In this document: positions 47,776 to 58,301 of the stretch, one piece after another | Layout: every line of letters begins with the position of its first letter | How positions within the stretch are numbered: position 1 is the stretch's first letter | Origin: Candidatus Poriferihabitaceae bacterium | GTDB taxonomy: Bacteria; Pseudomonadota; Gammaproteobacteria; Arenicellales; Poriferihabitantaceae | Reading direction: 5' to 3' | NCBI GenBank assembly: GCA_965237995.1 | Contig: CBDEGO010000005.1 | Location: 129,341 to 193,340, forward strand | Length of the DNA stretch: 64,000 bases | Translations under genes and position numbers: made by a program | The notes under the pieces: generated by a model | Databases searched by the model: none | What the model was told of the DNA's origin: nothing | Seen by the model: the letters and a program-made list of their open reading frames with translations, nothing else

Positions 47776-49202
47776 CCTTCTATCCTCTCTGGAACCGCTT
47801 TAACTGGGTCCGCTTTAATGAACAAAGGCTTTACACCCAATACAAAACCAATAATCAGGGTGAGCACAGAGTATATGATAATCGAATTGGTAAGAGATTC
47901 TTCACCAGTAAAAGCCGCTAGTGTTGCGGTCCACCAATAAAACAAGGTGCCCAACACCATAATGACCGAAATGCCAAAAAGAATCATCGTAGATAAGGAA
48001 CGCTCACCTTCCGCACGGGTATATGCTGGCATCAAAAAGAAAAACAAGAAATAGATCAACGTAAAGAACTGAGCCATCAAAGTCAAAGAACCGGTTGCTG
48101 GCTTCACACCTAAATACCCTAAGACCACAAATGCGATTACAAATACCGCCACGGCTAGCCGAGTCAAACCCCCTTTATAGCGGATTGACTTAATTGGACT
48201 GCGATCTAACCACGGTAAGGTAAACATCACGATAATTGCCGCGAACATCGCCAACACGCCCCAGACTTGTGTACCAGCAAAGCTAGGTACTGCACGCAGG
48301 ATTGCATAAAAAGGCGTAAAGTACCAAACAGGTGCAATATGCTCGGGTGTCTTTAGTGGGTTGGCAGGCTCAAAGTTTGGCGCTTCTAAGAAATAACCGC
48401 CCATCTCTGGCGCAAAAAACACCACGATAAAGAATAAGAACATAAACCCAACCACGCCCATAATATCCTTTACGGTGTAGTAAGGGTGAAAAGGAATACC
48501 ATCTGCTGGGGCGTTTTCATCCCACTTGTTGCCTTTAGGGCCTTTCTTTATTTCAATGCCTTCGGGGTTGTTTGAACCCACTTTATGTAAGGCAACGATA
48601 TGCACGAATACCAAACCGACCAATACAAAAGGCAATAGATAATGCAAAGCATAGAAGCGATTGAGCGTAGCATCGCCGACCACATAGTCGCCGCGTATCC
48701 ACAATGACAAGCCTTCACCGATGATTGGAATTGCATTAAACAAGTTTACGATCACTTGCGCACCCCAAAATGACATTTGGCCCCAAGGCAATAAGTAACC
48801 CATAAAGGCGGTTGCCATCATCGCAACATAAATGATCATACCAAATATCCACACAAGCTCACGTGGGTTTTTATACGACCCGTAAATCAAGCCGCGGAAC
48901 ATGTGTAGGTAGATCACCACGAAGAACGCCGAGGCACCTGTAGAGTGCATATAGCGGATAAACCAGCCGCCCGGCACGTCGCGCATAATGTATTCAACCG
49001 ATGCAAAGGCAAGCTCCGTATCAGGCTTGTAGTTCATCGCCAGCAAAATACCGGTGACAATTTGCAACACCAATACCACTAGCGCTAGTGAGCCAAAAAA
49101 ATACCAGAAGTTAAAGTTTTTCGGCGCGTAATACTCGCTAATGTGTTCTTTCCAGACTTTAGTCGCTGGAAAACGATCGTCGATCCAATCCATAAAAGCC
49201 AT
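47772..49202 (-). CDS. petB: Cytochrome b of the bc1 complex, with an extra C-terminal extension of about 85 aa and 2 TM helices
   Basis: FNFWYFFGSLA, RYMHSTGAS, PEWYF-type VWYFTPFYAILR. Extension ...STMILFGISVIMVLGTLFYWW...IIIYSVLTLIIGFVLGV. Confidence 0.9.
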   Translation of the reverse strand: MAFMDWIDDRFPATKVWKEHISEYYAPKNFNFWYFFGSLALVVLVLQIVTGILLAMNYKPDTELAFASVEYIMRDVPGGWFIRYMHSTGASAFFVVIYLHMFRGLIYGSYKNPRELVWIFGMIIYVAMMATAFMGYLLPWGQMSFWGAQVIVNLFNAIPIIGEGLSLWIRGDYVVGDATLNRFYALHYLLPFVLVGLVFVHIVALHKVGSNNPEGIEIKKGPKGNKWDENAPADGIPFHPYYTVKDIMGVVGFMFLFFIVVFFAPEMGGYFLEAPNFEPANPLKTPEHIAPVWYFTPFYAILRAVPSFAGTQVWGVLAMFAAIIVMFTLPWLDRSPIKSIRYKGGLTRLAVAVFVIAFVVLGYLGVKPATGSLTLMAQFFTLIYFLFFFLMPAYTRAEGERSLSTMILFGISVIMVLGTLFYWWTATLAAFTGEESLTNSIIIYSVLTLIIGFVLGVKPLFIKADPVKAVPERIEG

Positions 49203-49798
49203 TATGCCGCCCCTCCATCGTCACCAATTAGCAAGAGCGTCTCGGTAAGATATTGATACGGCGGCACCACTAAGTTAGTGGGCGCAGGCACACCCTTATA
49301 AACCCGACCAGCCAAGTCAAAACGGGAGCCATGACAAGCGCAGAAGTAACCACCTTGCCAATCAGCCCCTAAATCAGTAGGCGCTAGTTCTGGACGATAT
49401 TTTGGAGAACAACCTAAGTGCGTACAAATACCCACCAGCACTGAAATCTCAGGGTTTTCATCGCGTGAGCGATTAACATTCTTCGCATAGTTGGGCTGTT
49501 GATCTAACTTAGAATCAGGGTCAGCCAATTTGCTATCTAGCTTAGGTAAATCATCAACAACTGACTTTGGACGCTTAACAATCCATACTGGTTTACCGCG
49601 CCATTCGATTGTCAGTTGTTGCCCTTCTTCTAACAAACTGATATCTACTTCAATCGGTGCACCCGCTGCGCGAGCGCGCTCGCTCGGCATCAAGCTCATA
49701 CCAAATGGTACAACCATTGCAGCTGAGCCAATCGCACCAGCTCCTGCCGTCGCGACAGTCAACATTCTCCTGCGACTATGGTTAACTTCATTACTCAT
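49202..49798 (-). CDS. petA: Rieske iron-sulfur subunit of the bc1 complex
   Basis: Tat-like RRRMLTV, Rieske boxes CTHLGC and CACHGS. Confidence 0.92.
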   Translation of the reverse strand: MSNEVNHSRRRMLTVATAGAGAIGSAAMVVPFGMSLMPSERARAAGAPIEVDISLLEEGQQLTIEWRGKPVWIVKRPKSVVDDLPKLDSKLADPDSKLDQQPNYAKNVNRSRDENPEISVLVGICTHLGCSPKYRPELAPTDLGADWQGGYFCACHGSRFDLAGRVYKGVPAPTNLVVPPYQYLTETLLLIGDDGGAA

Positions 49799-50095
49799 CG
49801 TAATACCTCAAAAAACTATAATTTGGTCGTTAGGGGCTCTTATTTCATCAAACCGCCATTCATCGCGGGAGCCAGCCTCAAAAAAATAAGGCGCGCGATT
49901 ATAACAAACCTAAACGAATTTAAGTGCAACAAATCAGCGACTCAAGTCAAATAATATACGTTAATTATTCGATGCTTATTTAGCTTTCGTTCAGCTTATC
50001 CTACTCGACTAACAAATAGGCCATCCGAATTACGTTACAATAACGCTTATCGCCCACAATTTGCCTGCATTATCAACAAACAGTATCTACTTCTT

Positions 50096-51316
50096 TTGGC
50101 TTTAGCGGGGATCGCTATCGCAGCAGTGAGCGGTCTGGATTTACGCAAAGCACCTAAAAAGTCGAACGAACATACAACTCCGACACAAAGTATTCTCGCA
50201 CTTAGTACTGAAGGCGCACCCAAATCGGCACTTAACTTTGAAACAACGGATACACTTAAACTTCAGGCAGACAGTGCGACTCTAGCGATCAATGACACTG
50301 ACAACGCCCCGCTCTATTCGACTAACCACAAACGCCCTATTTCAAGCAAGCAAAGCGCGGACATCGCAGTAACCCCACCAATCAATGAATCACCGCAACC
50401 ACCCAAGCAGCAACCAACTGCAACAGAAAATGCATCAGATGGCAGCATTCGCGTTACCGGATCAGTCGTCGACGAATACGGCAAAGGCATAGCGAAACAG
50501 CTTGTCAGGCTGCGTAGTAAAAGCAACAACAACCTAAAGTTGCAAGCGGTTACCGATGAGCGAGGTCATTTTTTGATCGAAGGCGCCAGACCCGGTAACG
50601 ATTACCTTGTTCGACTAATTGTAAAAGGCGCCTACAGGCCCAAACAGTTGCGACACCCGCCGCTATCAGTGTATGACAACATGCCGGCCTTACGGTTAGA
50701 CGTCGAATCAACGGGAACAGGCGCGCTAGGGCTGTATATAACAAAAACCGATGGCTACCCACTTAGCAAGCATCAATTCGATTTGTTCCATTTACGTACG
50801 CTTGTTGATACCCAGTTAACTGATGATGCTGGATTTATTCTGTTCGAAAACGTACCGGCGACAGGTGGCCGGACAGAATTAACACTGCGCAATCGAATAT
50901 CACCTATCATCAAAATTTCTGATCTAGCACTAACGCGCGATGAACGTAACGAATCGATTAGAGCCAATGTTAACCACGGCGAGGCGCGCTTATTAGTAAA
51001 CGTGAAGAGCACTTCGGGCAAGACTTTAACAGACATCAACGCGAGGTTACGTTGGGTTGACCAAAGCAACAGAATAAAGGCCGAAACCTTAAGAGTGATT
51101 GATAATAGCGAAAATGGTCGCAACGAGGTGCCACTTGCGCAACAACAACCAAGCAACCCAGAGCGCACTGTCATCCAATTTATCAATCTAAGTCTGGGCA
51201 CTTACCGTTTAGAACTAGATTCACTCGTCCATGCTACTTACGGCGAACCCATTATTGTTGATGAGCTTCAACAAACTGTAGAGATCACGTTACAATCTAT
51301 CGGTGCGACCTACTAA
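50096..51316 (+). CDS. Hypothetical membrane-anchored/secreted protein with carboxypeptidase-regulatory-like beta-sandwich segment
   Basis: IRVTGSVVDEYGKGIAKQLVRLRS...AVTDERGHFLIEG resembles CarboxypepD_reg repeats. The start is uncertain: a TTG, and the hydrophobic segment extends upstream of it. Confidence 0.4.
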   Translation: MALAGIAIAAVSGLDLRKAPKKSNEHTTPTQSILALSTEGAPKSALNFETTDTLKLQADSATLAINDTDNAPLYSTNHKRPISSKQSADIAVTPPINESPQPPKQQPTATENASDGSIRVTGSVVDEYGKGIAKQLVRLRSKSNNNLKLQAVTDERGHFLIEGARPGNDYLVRLIVKGAYRPKQLRHPPLSVYDNMPALRLDVESTGTGALGLYITKTDGYPLSKHQFDLFHLRTLVDTQLTDDAGFILFENVPATGGRTELTLRNRISPIIKISDLALTRDERNESIRANVNHGEARLLVNVKSTSGKTLTDINARLRWVDQSNRIKAETLRVIDNSENGRNEVPLAQQQPSNPERTVIQFINLSLGTYRLELDSLVHATYGEPIIVDELQQTVEITLQSIGATY

Positions 51317-51344
51317 GCCGTTAGGCTTACCCAACCAGTATTGT

Positions 51345-51737
51345 CTAGTTAATAAACCGTGTGCTTTCTAACGAATAGACCTCACTACCATCTGGCAATG
51401 TGATAGATACAAAAAAGAAACGCTCGGTGATTGGCGGGCGCTTAAAGTTGGCAGCCAGCGCATTGGTCTCTTCTAGCCAGCGGTCTAAGTCTTCCTGACC
51501 GCGCCGCATCTTAATCATATGGCTTTTGTCGGGAATGGATATGTGCGCACAATTACCTGACTGCGTATGTTCGCTCAGCAACGCTTGTAATTTAAGCATG
51601 GCATTTTTAATGTACAGCCTAGCAAAGGTATGCGTGGTATCAAACGACTTACAAGCCATTGTATTTACCTCAGCCTGCGCCACAGAGAACACTAACAATA
51701 AACTCATACTAAAGGCGAGATTCTTTGCGACAGACAT
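51345..51737 (-). CDS. Hypothetical secreted protein
   Basis: 130 aa with signal peptide (LLLVFSVAQA/EV). No recognisable family. Confidence 0.45.
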   Translation of the reverse strand: MSVAKNLAFSMSLLLVFSVAQAEVNTMACKSFDTTHTFARLYIKNAMLKLQALLSEHTQSGNCAHISIPDKSHMIKMRRGQEDLDRWLEETNALAANFKRPPITERFFFVSITLPDGSEVYSLESTRFIN

Positions 51738-51945
51738 TTTTATTTTTTGGGTTTAACCTGCGAAGCCTACTATACTTCTTAATAACAACACTAATAGCAC
51801 TGCTTATTTATAACGGAAATAGGTAGTCTTCCTATGGTGCAATCTTAAGTTAACACGTCGTTAATTTGTATCTAGTTTTTTATGGAAAGAAGGTGCTATA
51901 TTTGCCTACCCAAATTTAATCATTCACTTAAGGAGGTACACCATT

Positions 51946-52338
51946 ATGATAATTCGAAAATATTCTGCTGCACTATTGGCGGTATTTTTTTCCTTCGCTA
52001 CTTCTGTAGTCGTAGCTCAATCTTATACTAGCAATCCAATACAAATCGGGAATAATTTCCCGGGAACCAATATAGCTTCTTATGTGTCTGCTCCATTAAC
52101 TGGTTCGACCGACATTTTCGCTGTATCTCTAGGGTCTAACTTCCTTTCCGTAAGCGCTATCGACCAACAAACTGGGCGTAGGTTTCACTGTACTAATTCA
52201 GCTCAACATGCAAATTTTGCACATAATGCGGACATCATTAAACAACTAAAAGAACACTCGTACGTGCGAGTTTTTAGAGCTAGCGCGACATCTAATGCGT
52301 GCAATAAAATGTTTTATGGCTTTAGTGTTAGCTACTAG
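51946..52338 (+). CDS. Hypothetical secreted protein
   Basis: 130 aa with signal peptide (FFSFATSVVVA/QS). AGGAGG RBS upstream. Confidence 0.5.
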   Translation: MIIRKYSAALLAVFFSFATSVVVAQSYTSNPIQIGNNFPGTNIASYVSAPLTGSTDIFAVSLGSNFLSVSAIDQQTGRRFHCTNSAQHANFAHNADIIKQLKEHSYVRVFRASATSNACNKMFYGFSVSY

Positions 52339-52524
52339 CCAATAGCCAATAAGTTATTACCTTATCATCGGAAAGCCCTAACTAAATGTACGGCTTAGTT
52401 AGGGCTACCATTTCTTGACGGCTTGCAAAGGCACTACCTTGTTACTAAAAACACATCTAGTTGTTTAATTTAATACAGGCCTAAGCAAATTTGTAAAATA
52501 TGACTAAACTACAAGCGTAGCTAT

Positions 52525-53112
52525 ATGAATAAATACGGAATTCTTTTCATATCTTTATTGCTGATCACCTTAATAAGCAGTACAACTTGGTTATATTTAA
52601 GTGTAAATAAATTAACTGGCCTAATATCTACAGCTATAGAGGGCTCAACAAGCGTGAACCAACCTACAATTGACGTAGAGGCAAGTGTTCGAAAAATCCT
52701 CGATGAAAAGTTTGAAGCCCTTGAAAGCCTCTACCTTGCATCATCAACCCCAATTCCATCTAATGAAGACAGCGTTCATTCTGAGGCGAGCTGTGAAGAG
52801 GTTTCGGCTGCTTTTTTCCAACAAGTAGTTAGTGCACTAGCAGATTTTAAACCCATAGCCAGATTGGACGATTTGGCGTCAGAACAGCAGGAGCAAACGC
52901 TAACACAAGAAACCACATACGAGTCTGAAGCTGGGTATCTTGACGCTAGTCAAATGCTAGAAAATGCAATAGCAGTTGGAAAGTGGCAAGACGGTGACAG
53001 CGAAAAGCTATCTAGATATACAGATAAAATGACTGGTGAACATCTAGCCAAGTGGCTGGATGCGTATGGCAAGGCATTTACAGATGGAAAAATAGGTTTT
53101 TTAAGCTTCTAA
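52525..53112 (+). CDS. Hypothetical membrane-anchored acidic protein
   Basis: 195 aa with an N-terminal TM (ILFISLLLITLISSTTWLYL) and an acidic helical remainder. Confidence 0.45.
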   Translation: MNKYGILFISLLLITLISSTTWLYLSVNKLTGLISTAIEGSTSVNQPTIDVEASVRKILDEKFEALESLYLASSTPIPSNEDSVHSEASCEEVSAAFFQQVVSALADFKPIARLDDLASEQQEQTLTQETTYESEAGYLDASQMLENAIAVGKWQDGDSEKLSRYTDKMTGEHLAKWLDAYGKAFTDGKIGFLSF

Positions 53113-53265
53113 TCTAAGCTTTAAACTGGAAAAAGCATAAACCAAAGAGCTATACCGCCATCAGCGCCCTTAATAATGTGTAGCAAAGACTCGTTCTGAG
53201 GTCAGATCAAAAACCACTTGATTACAAAATCAAGCGGTTTCCAATTTTTACTTATTAGGTGCTGC

Positions 53266-53778
53266 ATGAGCTTTAAAGAAATATACAAGGCGCGTCAACA
53301 GCTATTTGCCGATGAACCCCAAAGGGCAAATGCCACGGTTTATGCACGTAGCGAATTAGTTGAAGCATTTAGATCGGCGGTACAAGTGCGTGATTTCGAG
53401 GTAGTGGTCGACCAACCACGGGGGATGGGTAGCACCAACTTAGGGCCACGGCCCAGTGAGTATGTTTTAGCTGCGTTAGCCGCCTGCCATGAAGTTACAT
53501 ATCGTTTATACGCTGATGCACTGGACATTCCATTAGAATCTGTTTCAGTCTCTGTCGCAGGACATTCAGACGCAAGAGGTTTTTTTGGGCCTGACGATAG
53601 CATTAGGGCAGGGTTTTCGTCGATTACTGGCGATATACAAATAGAATCGAGCGCTAGCGACGAGCAGCTTGAGCAATTACGGCTCGCTGTCAATCAACAC
53701 TGCTCCGTGTTGGATGATTTAAGCAAACCGGTGGAGGTTAAACTCGATTTGGTGCGTACAACCACAAAAACAGATTAA
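53266..53778 (+). CDS. OsmC/Ohr-family peroxiredoxin-like protein
   Basis: GPRPSEYVLAALAACHEVTYR and LAVNQHCSVLDDL, the two conserved Cys contexts of the OsmC family. Start moved to the ATG at 53266. Confidence 0.7.
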   Translation: MSFKEIYKARQQLFADEPQRANATVYARSELVEAFRSAVQVRDFEVVVDQPRGMGSTNLGPRPSEYVLAALAACHEVTYRLYADALDIPLESVSVSVAGHSDARGFFGPDDSIRAGFSSITGDIQIESSASDEQLEQLRLAVNQHCSVLDDLSKPVEVKLDLVRTTTKTD

Positions 53779-53926
53779 TCATTGTAAGAATAGCTAGCAG
53801 GGTTAATCAGTTACGCCTGAAGCACGACCACCACGCGTATAACAGTTATATACCTTGCTTTTCACAATGCACTTTATTTCGGGGAATGAATGATGCAGGC
53901 ACGACTAGTTAGCTCTGCCGCCAGAC

Positions 53927-54199
53927 TTAATCCTGTGGTTTACCAAAACGGTCGATCAGATATTCTACAATATCGTCTGATTCTGGCATCCAAATTGATT
54001 CGCCATCTACATCAACAATTCTAAGCACTGGAACTGTTCCTCTACCTGTAGCGGCCTCTAATTCATCGTATATGTCGTCGTCTTCCCATATATTGCGCCG
54101 CTCAAGCTCAATGCCAAGTTTGTTTATTACTGCATCAACACGGCCACAAAACGCGCAATAATCGCGATGGTAAAATATAAGCTGTTCCTTGTTCATCAA
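53927..54199 (-). CDS. Glutaredoxin-family protein
   Basis: 90 aa. YHRDYCAFCGRV (CxxC) ... GRGTVPVL. Confidence 0.7.
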   Translation of the reverse strand: MMNKEQLIFYHRDYCAFCGRVDAVINKLGIELERRNIWEDDDIYDELEAATGRGTVPVLRIVDVDGESIWMPESDDIVEYLIDRFGKPQD

Positions 54200-54229
54200 A
54201 TAAAGTAAGTGATATCGTACTATCGAAGA

Positions 54230-54757
54230 CTACTGCAAACTAGCCATATCCAATTTAACATTTGGGTTAGCTAACAATCGACTGGCGGTAAACCCCTCAG
54301 CCACCTCAAGTGCATACATGAATGGACCTTTAGCTCTGTAGTACTGTGGCTTACCTTGCGTGTTCGCTTCCGGACGCATATACATTGAATCTACCAAGCT
54401 TCCAGACCGATTAAAAAACAAAATAGCTAACGGAACGTAGACATTACGCATATGAAACAACGTATGTATCATGCCATCAAAAGGAAAGAGCATAGCCGTG
54501 TCGGTCGTGTTGTCAGGGCAAACCCATTGATACCCAGCGTGTCGCTCATGCTTTTCGTCAGCGATGAGTGTTGTCAAGGTAAGCTCAGCGTCACCGCCTA
54601 ATTTCAGCACAAGCTCTTTTTTATGCATACTCGCCCATTCTTCCGGTTGCGGTTTACAACCTGCATACGGGTCTAGTTGCGCCTTCAAACTTAGCGAAAA
54701 TATAGCAATAGTTAGACCAATAAATAGTCTGAATTCAGTTCGTCTACGAAAAATCAT
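54230..54757 (-). CDS. DUF192 domain-containing protein
   Basis: Signal peptide; TADTAMLFPF...MRNVYVPLAILFF...YALEVAEGF resembles the DUF192/COG1430 pattern. Confidence 0.6.
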   Translation of the reverse strand: MIFRRRTEFRLFIGLTIAIFSLSLKAQLDPYAGCKPQPEEWASMHKKELVLKLGGDAELTLTTLIADEKHERHAGYQWVCPDNTTDTAMLFPFDGMIHTLFHMRNVYVPLAILFFNRSGSLVDSMYMRPEANTQGKPQYYRAKGPFMYALEVAEGFTASRLLANPNVKLDMASLQ

Positions 54758-54840
54758 TTATTTTCTAATGATATAAAATACGCACCGAGTATAGACAAAG
54801 CCCGCGATAGTTTCATCATAAGGAAAGACATTTAAACGTC

Positions 54841-55668
54841 TTACGTTTGACAGCGCTTACAGTAATACGTAGCACGCTGGCCTTGGACAATTTTTGCAAT
54901 TTTTACAGTTTGGCAGTTAACGCACGTTTCTGCTTCCCGACCGTACACCATCAGCTCTTGCTTAAAATAACCGGGCTTTCCATCACTGTCAGTAAAATCG
55001 CGCAAACTGGTGCCTCCAGCCTCAATGGCCTTCTTGAGCGTCGTTTTTATCGCAGTAGCTAACTTTTGGTAACGGGCGCAAGACACCTTAGCCGCCGGTT
55101 TTTCTGGCGAAATACCGGCTATAAACAAAGATTCACTTGCGTAAATATTACCTACGCCCACCACCACCGCTTGATTCATAATGAATATCTTAATCGCAAC
55201 ATTACGGTTACGAGACTGACGGAACAAATACGCTCCATCAAACTCATCACACAATGGCTCAGGCCCTAAGTTTTTTAATAAACGATGCGTTGCACCTTGA
55301 TCTACCCACAGTAAGCAACCGAAGCGCCTTGGGTCGTTGTATCGAACGATATGACCATTACTCATCGTAAAGTCAAAGTGGTCATGTTTTTTAATCTCGG
55401 CTTCACTGGAGTGCTCGTTTTTAATCACACGCATTGAGCCAGACATACCCAAATGAATGATCAAAGTTCCACTCGCTAACTCGATTAGCACATATTTTGC
55501 CCGCCGAGAAACCGATACGACTGACTGATTGGCTGCAAGGCTTTCTAGATTGGCTGGTACTGGCCATCGCAATCGTCGATCTCTTACCACCAAAGATTCA
55601 ATTTGAAACCCTACCATACTGGGCGCTATGCCTTTACAGGTAGTCTCTACTTCTGGTAATTCAGGCAT
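54841..55668 (-). CDS. mutM: Formamidopyrimidine-DNA glycosylase
   Basis: MPELPEVET N-terminus and C-terminal zinc finger CVNCQTVKIAKIVQGQRATYYCKRCQ. Confidence 0.93.
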   Translation of the reverse strand: MPELPEVETTCKGIAPSMVGFQIESLVVRDRRLRWPVPANLESLAANQSVVSVSRRAKYVLIELASGTLIIHLGMSGSMRVIKNEHSSEAEIKKHDHFDFTMSNGHIVRYNDPRRFGCLLWVDQGATHRLLKNLGPEPLCDEFDGAYLFRQSRNRNVAIKIFIMNQAVVVGVGNIYASESLFIAGISPEKPAAKVSCARYQKLATAIKTTLKKAIEAGGTSLRDFTDSDGKPGYFKQELMVYGREAETCVNCQTVKIAKIVQGQRATYYCKRCQT

Positions 55669-55781
55669 TGGAAATCAGCAACAATAAAAAACAGGAAATG
55701 GGCAAAAACGAGAACAGAAAAGCAATGCACCTATTTTAATTTTAAAATAAAATTGCCCGCTATTTCGTCACTTGCCAAATT

Positions 55782-56807
55782 ATGACATACACAATCACCA
55801 ACGCGCAAAATCAATCCAGTTATACCGCTAACGAAGGCGAAAGTATTCTCGCCGCTGCTCTACGCAATGGTCATATGTATTCTTATGGCTGCCAAGCAGG
55901 TGTCTGTGGTGCCTGCAAAGCAAGTATTGTTAGTGGTGATATCGACTACGGGTCTGCTGACCCGAGCACCTTAACTGAGGACGAAAAAGCACAAGGTAAA
56001 TGTCTACTCTGCCAAGGCGTTCCCTTAAGCGACGTGGTGATAGATGTTAAAGAAATTGAAGTAGCCAATAGCATAGAAATTAAAACTATGCCCACTCGGG
56101 TATCGGAAAAAGTGCTACTCGCACCCGATGTAGTTCAATTATTCCTAGCGTTGCCGAAAACCCAGACGTTCAATTTCTTAGCGGGGCAATACCTGCAAAT
56201 TCAACTAAAGGATGGTAAGCATCGCAGCTTTTCTATCGGGAATAATGCCAGCTCAGTCAGTGAAAACGGCATAGAACTGCACATTCGCATCGTACCCGAT
56301 GGACATTATTCTCCTTACGTATTAGACCACTTAAAAGTCAAAGATATTTTGCGCATACAAGGGCCTTTTGGCACTTACTTTCTTCGAACTGACGAGCAAC
56401 GACCTATCATCATGGTAGCCGGTGGCACCGGTTTTGCACCTATAAAGGGCCTCATAGAAGAAGCCATCGAAACGAATCACAATCAGCCCATTCATTTATT
56501 TTGGGGTGTACGGGCGAAAAAAGACCTGTACCTAGACGCACTTGCCAAACAATGGGCTAAGCAATACGACTTTATTCAGTACACGCCCGTGCTATCGGAA
56601 CCACTAGAAGAAGATAACTGGGAAGGTGACACCGGCTTTGTTCACGAGGTGGTCGCAAACACCTATGACGACGTAAGCGCCTATAGCATTTATGCCAGTG
56701 GGCCGCCCATTATGACTGATTCGGTATTAGACGCCTTGAAGTCGAAAAACCTAAATACCGATTACTATCATTCGGATGCGTTTGACTACGCTGCCGTCAC
56801 CGAATAA
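55782..56807 (+). CDS. 2Fe-2S ferredoxin / FAD / NAD(P)-binding oxidoreductase (Fre/AscD-like)
   Basis: Plant-type ferredoxin CQAGVCGACK...C, RSFSIGN (RxYS-type FAD site) and VAGGTGFAPIKG NAD(P) site. Confidence 0.75.
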   Translation: MTYTITNAQNQSSYTANEGESILAAALRNGHMYSYGCQAGVCGACKASIVSGDIDYGSADPSTLTEDEKAQGKCLLCQGVPLSDVVIDVKEIEVANSIEIKTMPTRVSEKVLLAPDVVQLFLALPKTQTFNFLAGQYLQIQLKDGKHRSFSIGNNASSVSENGIELHIRIVPDGHYSPYVLDHLKVKDILRIQGPFGTYFLRTDEQRPIIMVAGGTGFAPIKGLIEEAIETNHNQPIHLFWGVRAKKDLYLDALAKQWAKQYDFIQYTPVLSEPLEEDNWEGDTGFVHEVVANTYDDVSAYSIYASGPPIMTDSVLDALKSKNLNTDYYHSDAFDYAAVTE

Positions 56808-56936
56808 ACCTTAGAGGCCCAAGACTAGAACCCGATTATGTTTACATCAATCTACAGCTTGAAGATCTAACCGGCTTTTTTTCGCAGTGAGTTCGATCAA
56901 CTAACGAACCTAGCTTTTATTGCTTATATCGAGAGC

Positions 56937-58298
56937 TTAAGCTTTCTCAACAGGCTCGGCCTCGATCACTTCAACTGCGTCCACTTTACTTGGTGTTGCC
57001 GCGTTTACCGCTACTAATTTATGATCATCTAGTCCTGGTGTCACAACGGATTCTAGTTTCGCGGCATCTGCGTCAGCAGAAGCGTCAGGTAAGCTCACCA
57101 CCTCATTCGTCATGCCTAATGAAGTCGTTGCCTGCAACCCTTTTTTATAATAACTAAAGGCTGCATTTTGGTCACCATTCTCTTCATGGTAAGCACCTAA
57201 TTCATAAAAAGCTTCGTCGCCTGCGCCTAATTCGATCGCTCTTTGATAGTATTTTTGGGCTTTCTCGACTTGATTATTCGCCATATTTAAACGCGCCAAA
57301 CTTAATTGCACGTTGGCATCATCTTCATGTTCTGCCAACCAAGTTGTGGCTAAATTAATTTGACCGCGTAAATCACGAGAGGAACGGGTTCGCCCAAATA
57401 AACCAGCCAATTCGCTCGTCCAGTTTTTACCAATCGCTTTGCGAACGACCGCTTCAGCCTTCGATAACTCACCTTCCTTGATTAATTTCTTTGCGTACAT
57501 GGCTGCCATGCTTGCATCCGTTTTACGCTTACGGGGCAAGGCTTTGTATTCTTGCTCTGTGGTCTGTCCAGTGCCATCAAGTGCATCAGACATCTGTGAT
57601 TCACGCGATAACACATCCAACTGACAAACTTGGGCGTGATCCAAAGCCTTACTCTTTTCTAGCTTGGGTAACAAACCAGAAAGCGACTTCCAATCCTGAG
57701 TATTTTTATATACATCGGACATTAAACGTAATACTGACTTATTAGCGGGCGCTAATTCGTGCATCGATTCCAATAAGGTCTTCGCATTGCCGTAATCACC
57801 CGCTTGCGCCAACATTCTAGCACGCGTTAAGTCAACTGCCATACGGTTTGCTGAGTCACTCTTTTCCGCTAGATCAAGATACTTATCTCGCTTGTCGTAA
57901 TCTTGCTGTTGCTGCGCCGCATAAGCTGCGCCAAGATAATTAAGCAATGGGGTTTTACAGTGATCTAGCCGCTTAGTGAGATCTTTTTCACCTGCATTCC
58001 AATCCCCCTCAATCAAACGCGCATAACCGCGTAACGTATCGTTTTGAGCATTCTTGCTTTGACGTTGCTTATTCCATTGCGCCGCCTTTTTGGGCGCACG
58101 AAAGATACTAAACAGATAACTAGCAAGTAGGTAAAGTACAGCGAATGCAGCAATAGACCCTAAAATAAACAGCGCTAGCGGCATTTCAATTAAGTAAGGC
58201 TCACGCGCAATGGTAATTAAACCTGGGTCATTTAAAGAAGCATGGCCAAACCAGATGCCAAATGCTAATACGGCGATAACAATCAGTAATATTTTCAT
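56937..58298 (-). CDS. hemY: HemY protein (TPR-containing, heme biosynthesis-associated)
   Basis: Two N-terminal TM helices, then TPR-like repeats. Located directly downstream of hemX. Confidence 0.75.
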   Translation of the reverse strand: MKILLIVIAVLAFGIWFGHASLNDPGLITIAREPYLIEMPLALFILGSIAAFAVLYLLASYLFSIFRAPKKAAQWNKQRQSKNAQNDTLRGYARLIEGDWNAGEKDLTKRLDHCKTPLLNYLGAAYAAQQQQDYDKRDKYLDLAEKSDSANRMAVDLTRARMLAQAGDYGNAKTLLESMHELAPANKSVLRLMSDVYKNTQDWKSLSGLLPKLEKSKALDHAQVCQLDVLSRESQMSDALDGTGQTTEQEYKALPRKRKTDASMAAMYAKKLIKEGELSKAEAVVRKAIGKNWTSELAGLFGRTRSSRDLRGQINLATTWLAEHEDDANVQLSLARLNMANNQVEKAQKYYQRAIELGAGDEAFYELGAYHEENGDQNAAFSYYKKGLQATTSLGMTNEVVSLPDASADADAAKLESVVTPGLDDHKLVAVNAATPSKVDAVEVIEAEPVEKA

Positions 58299-58301
58299 TT
58301 T

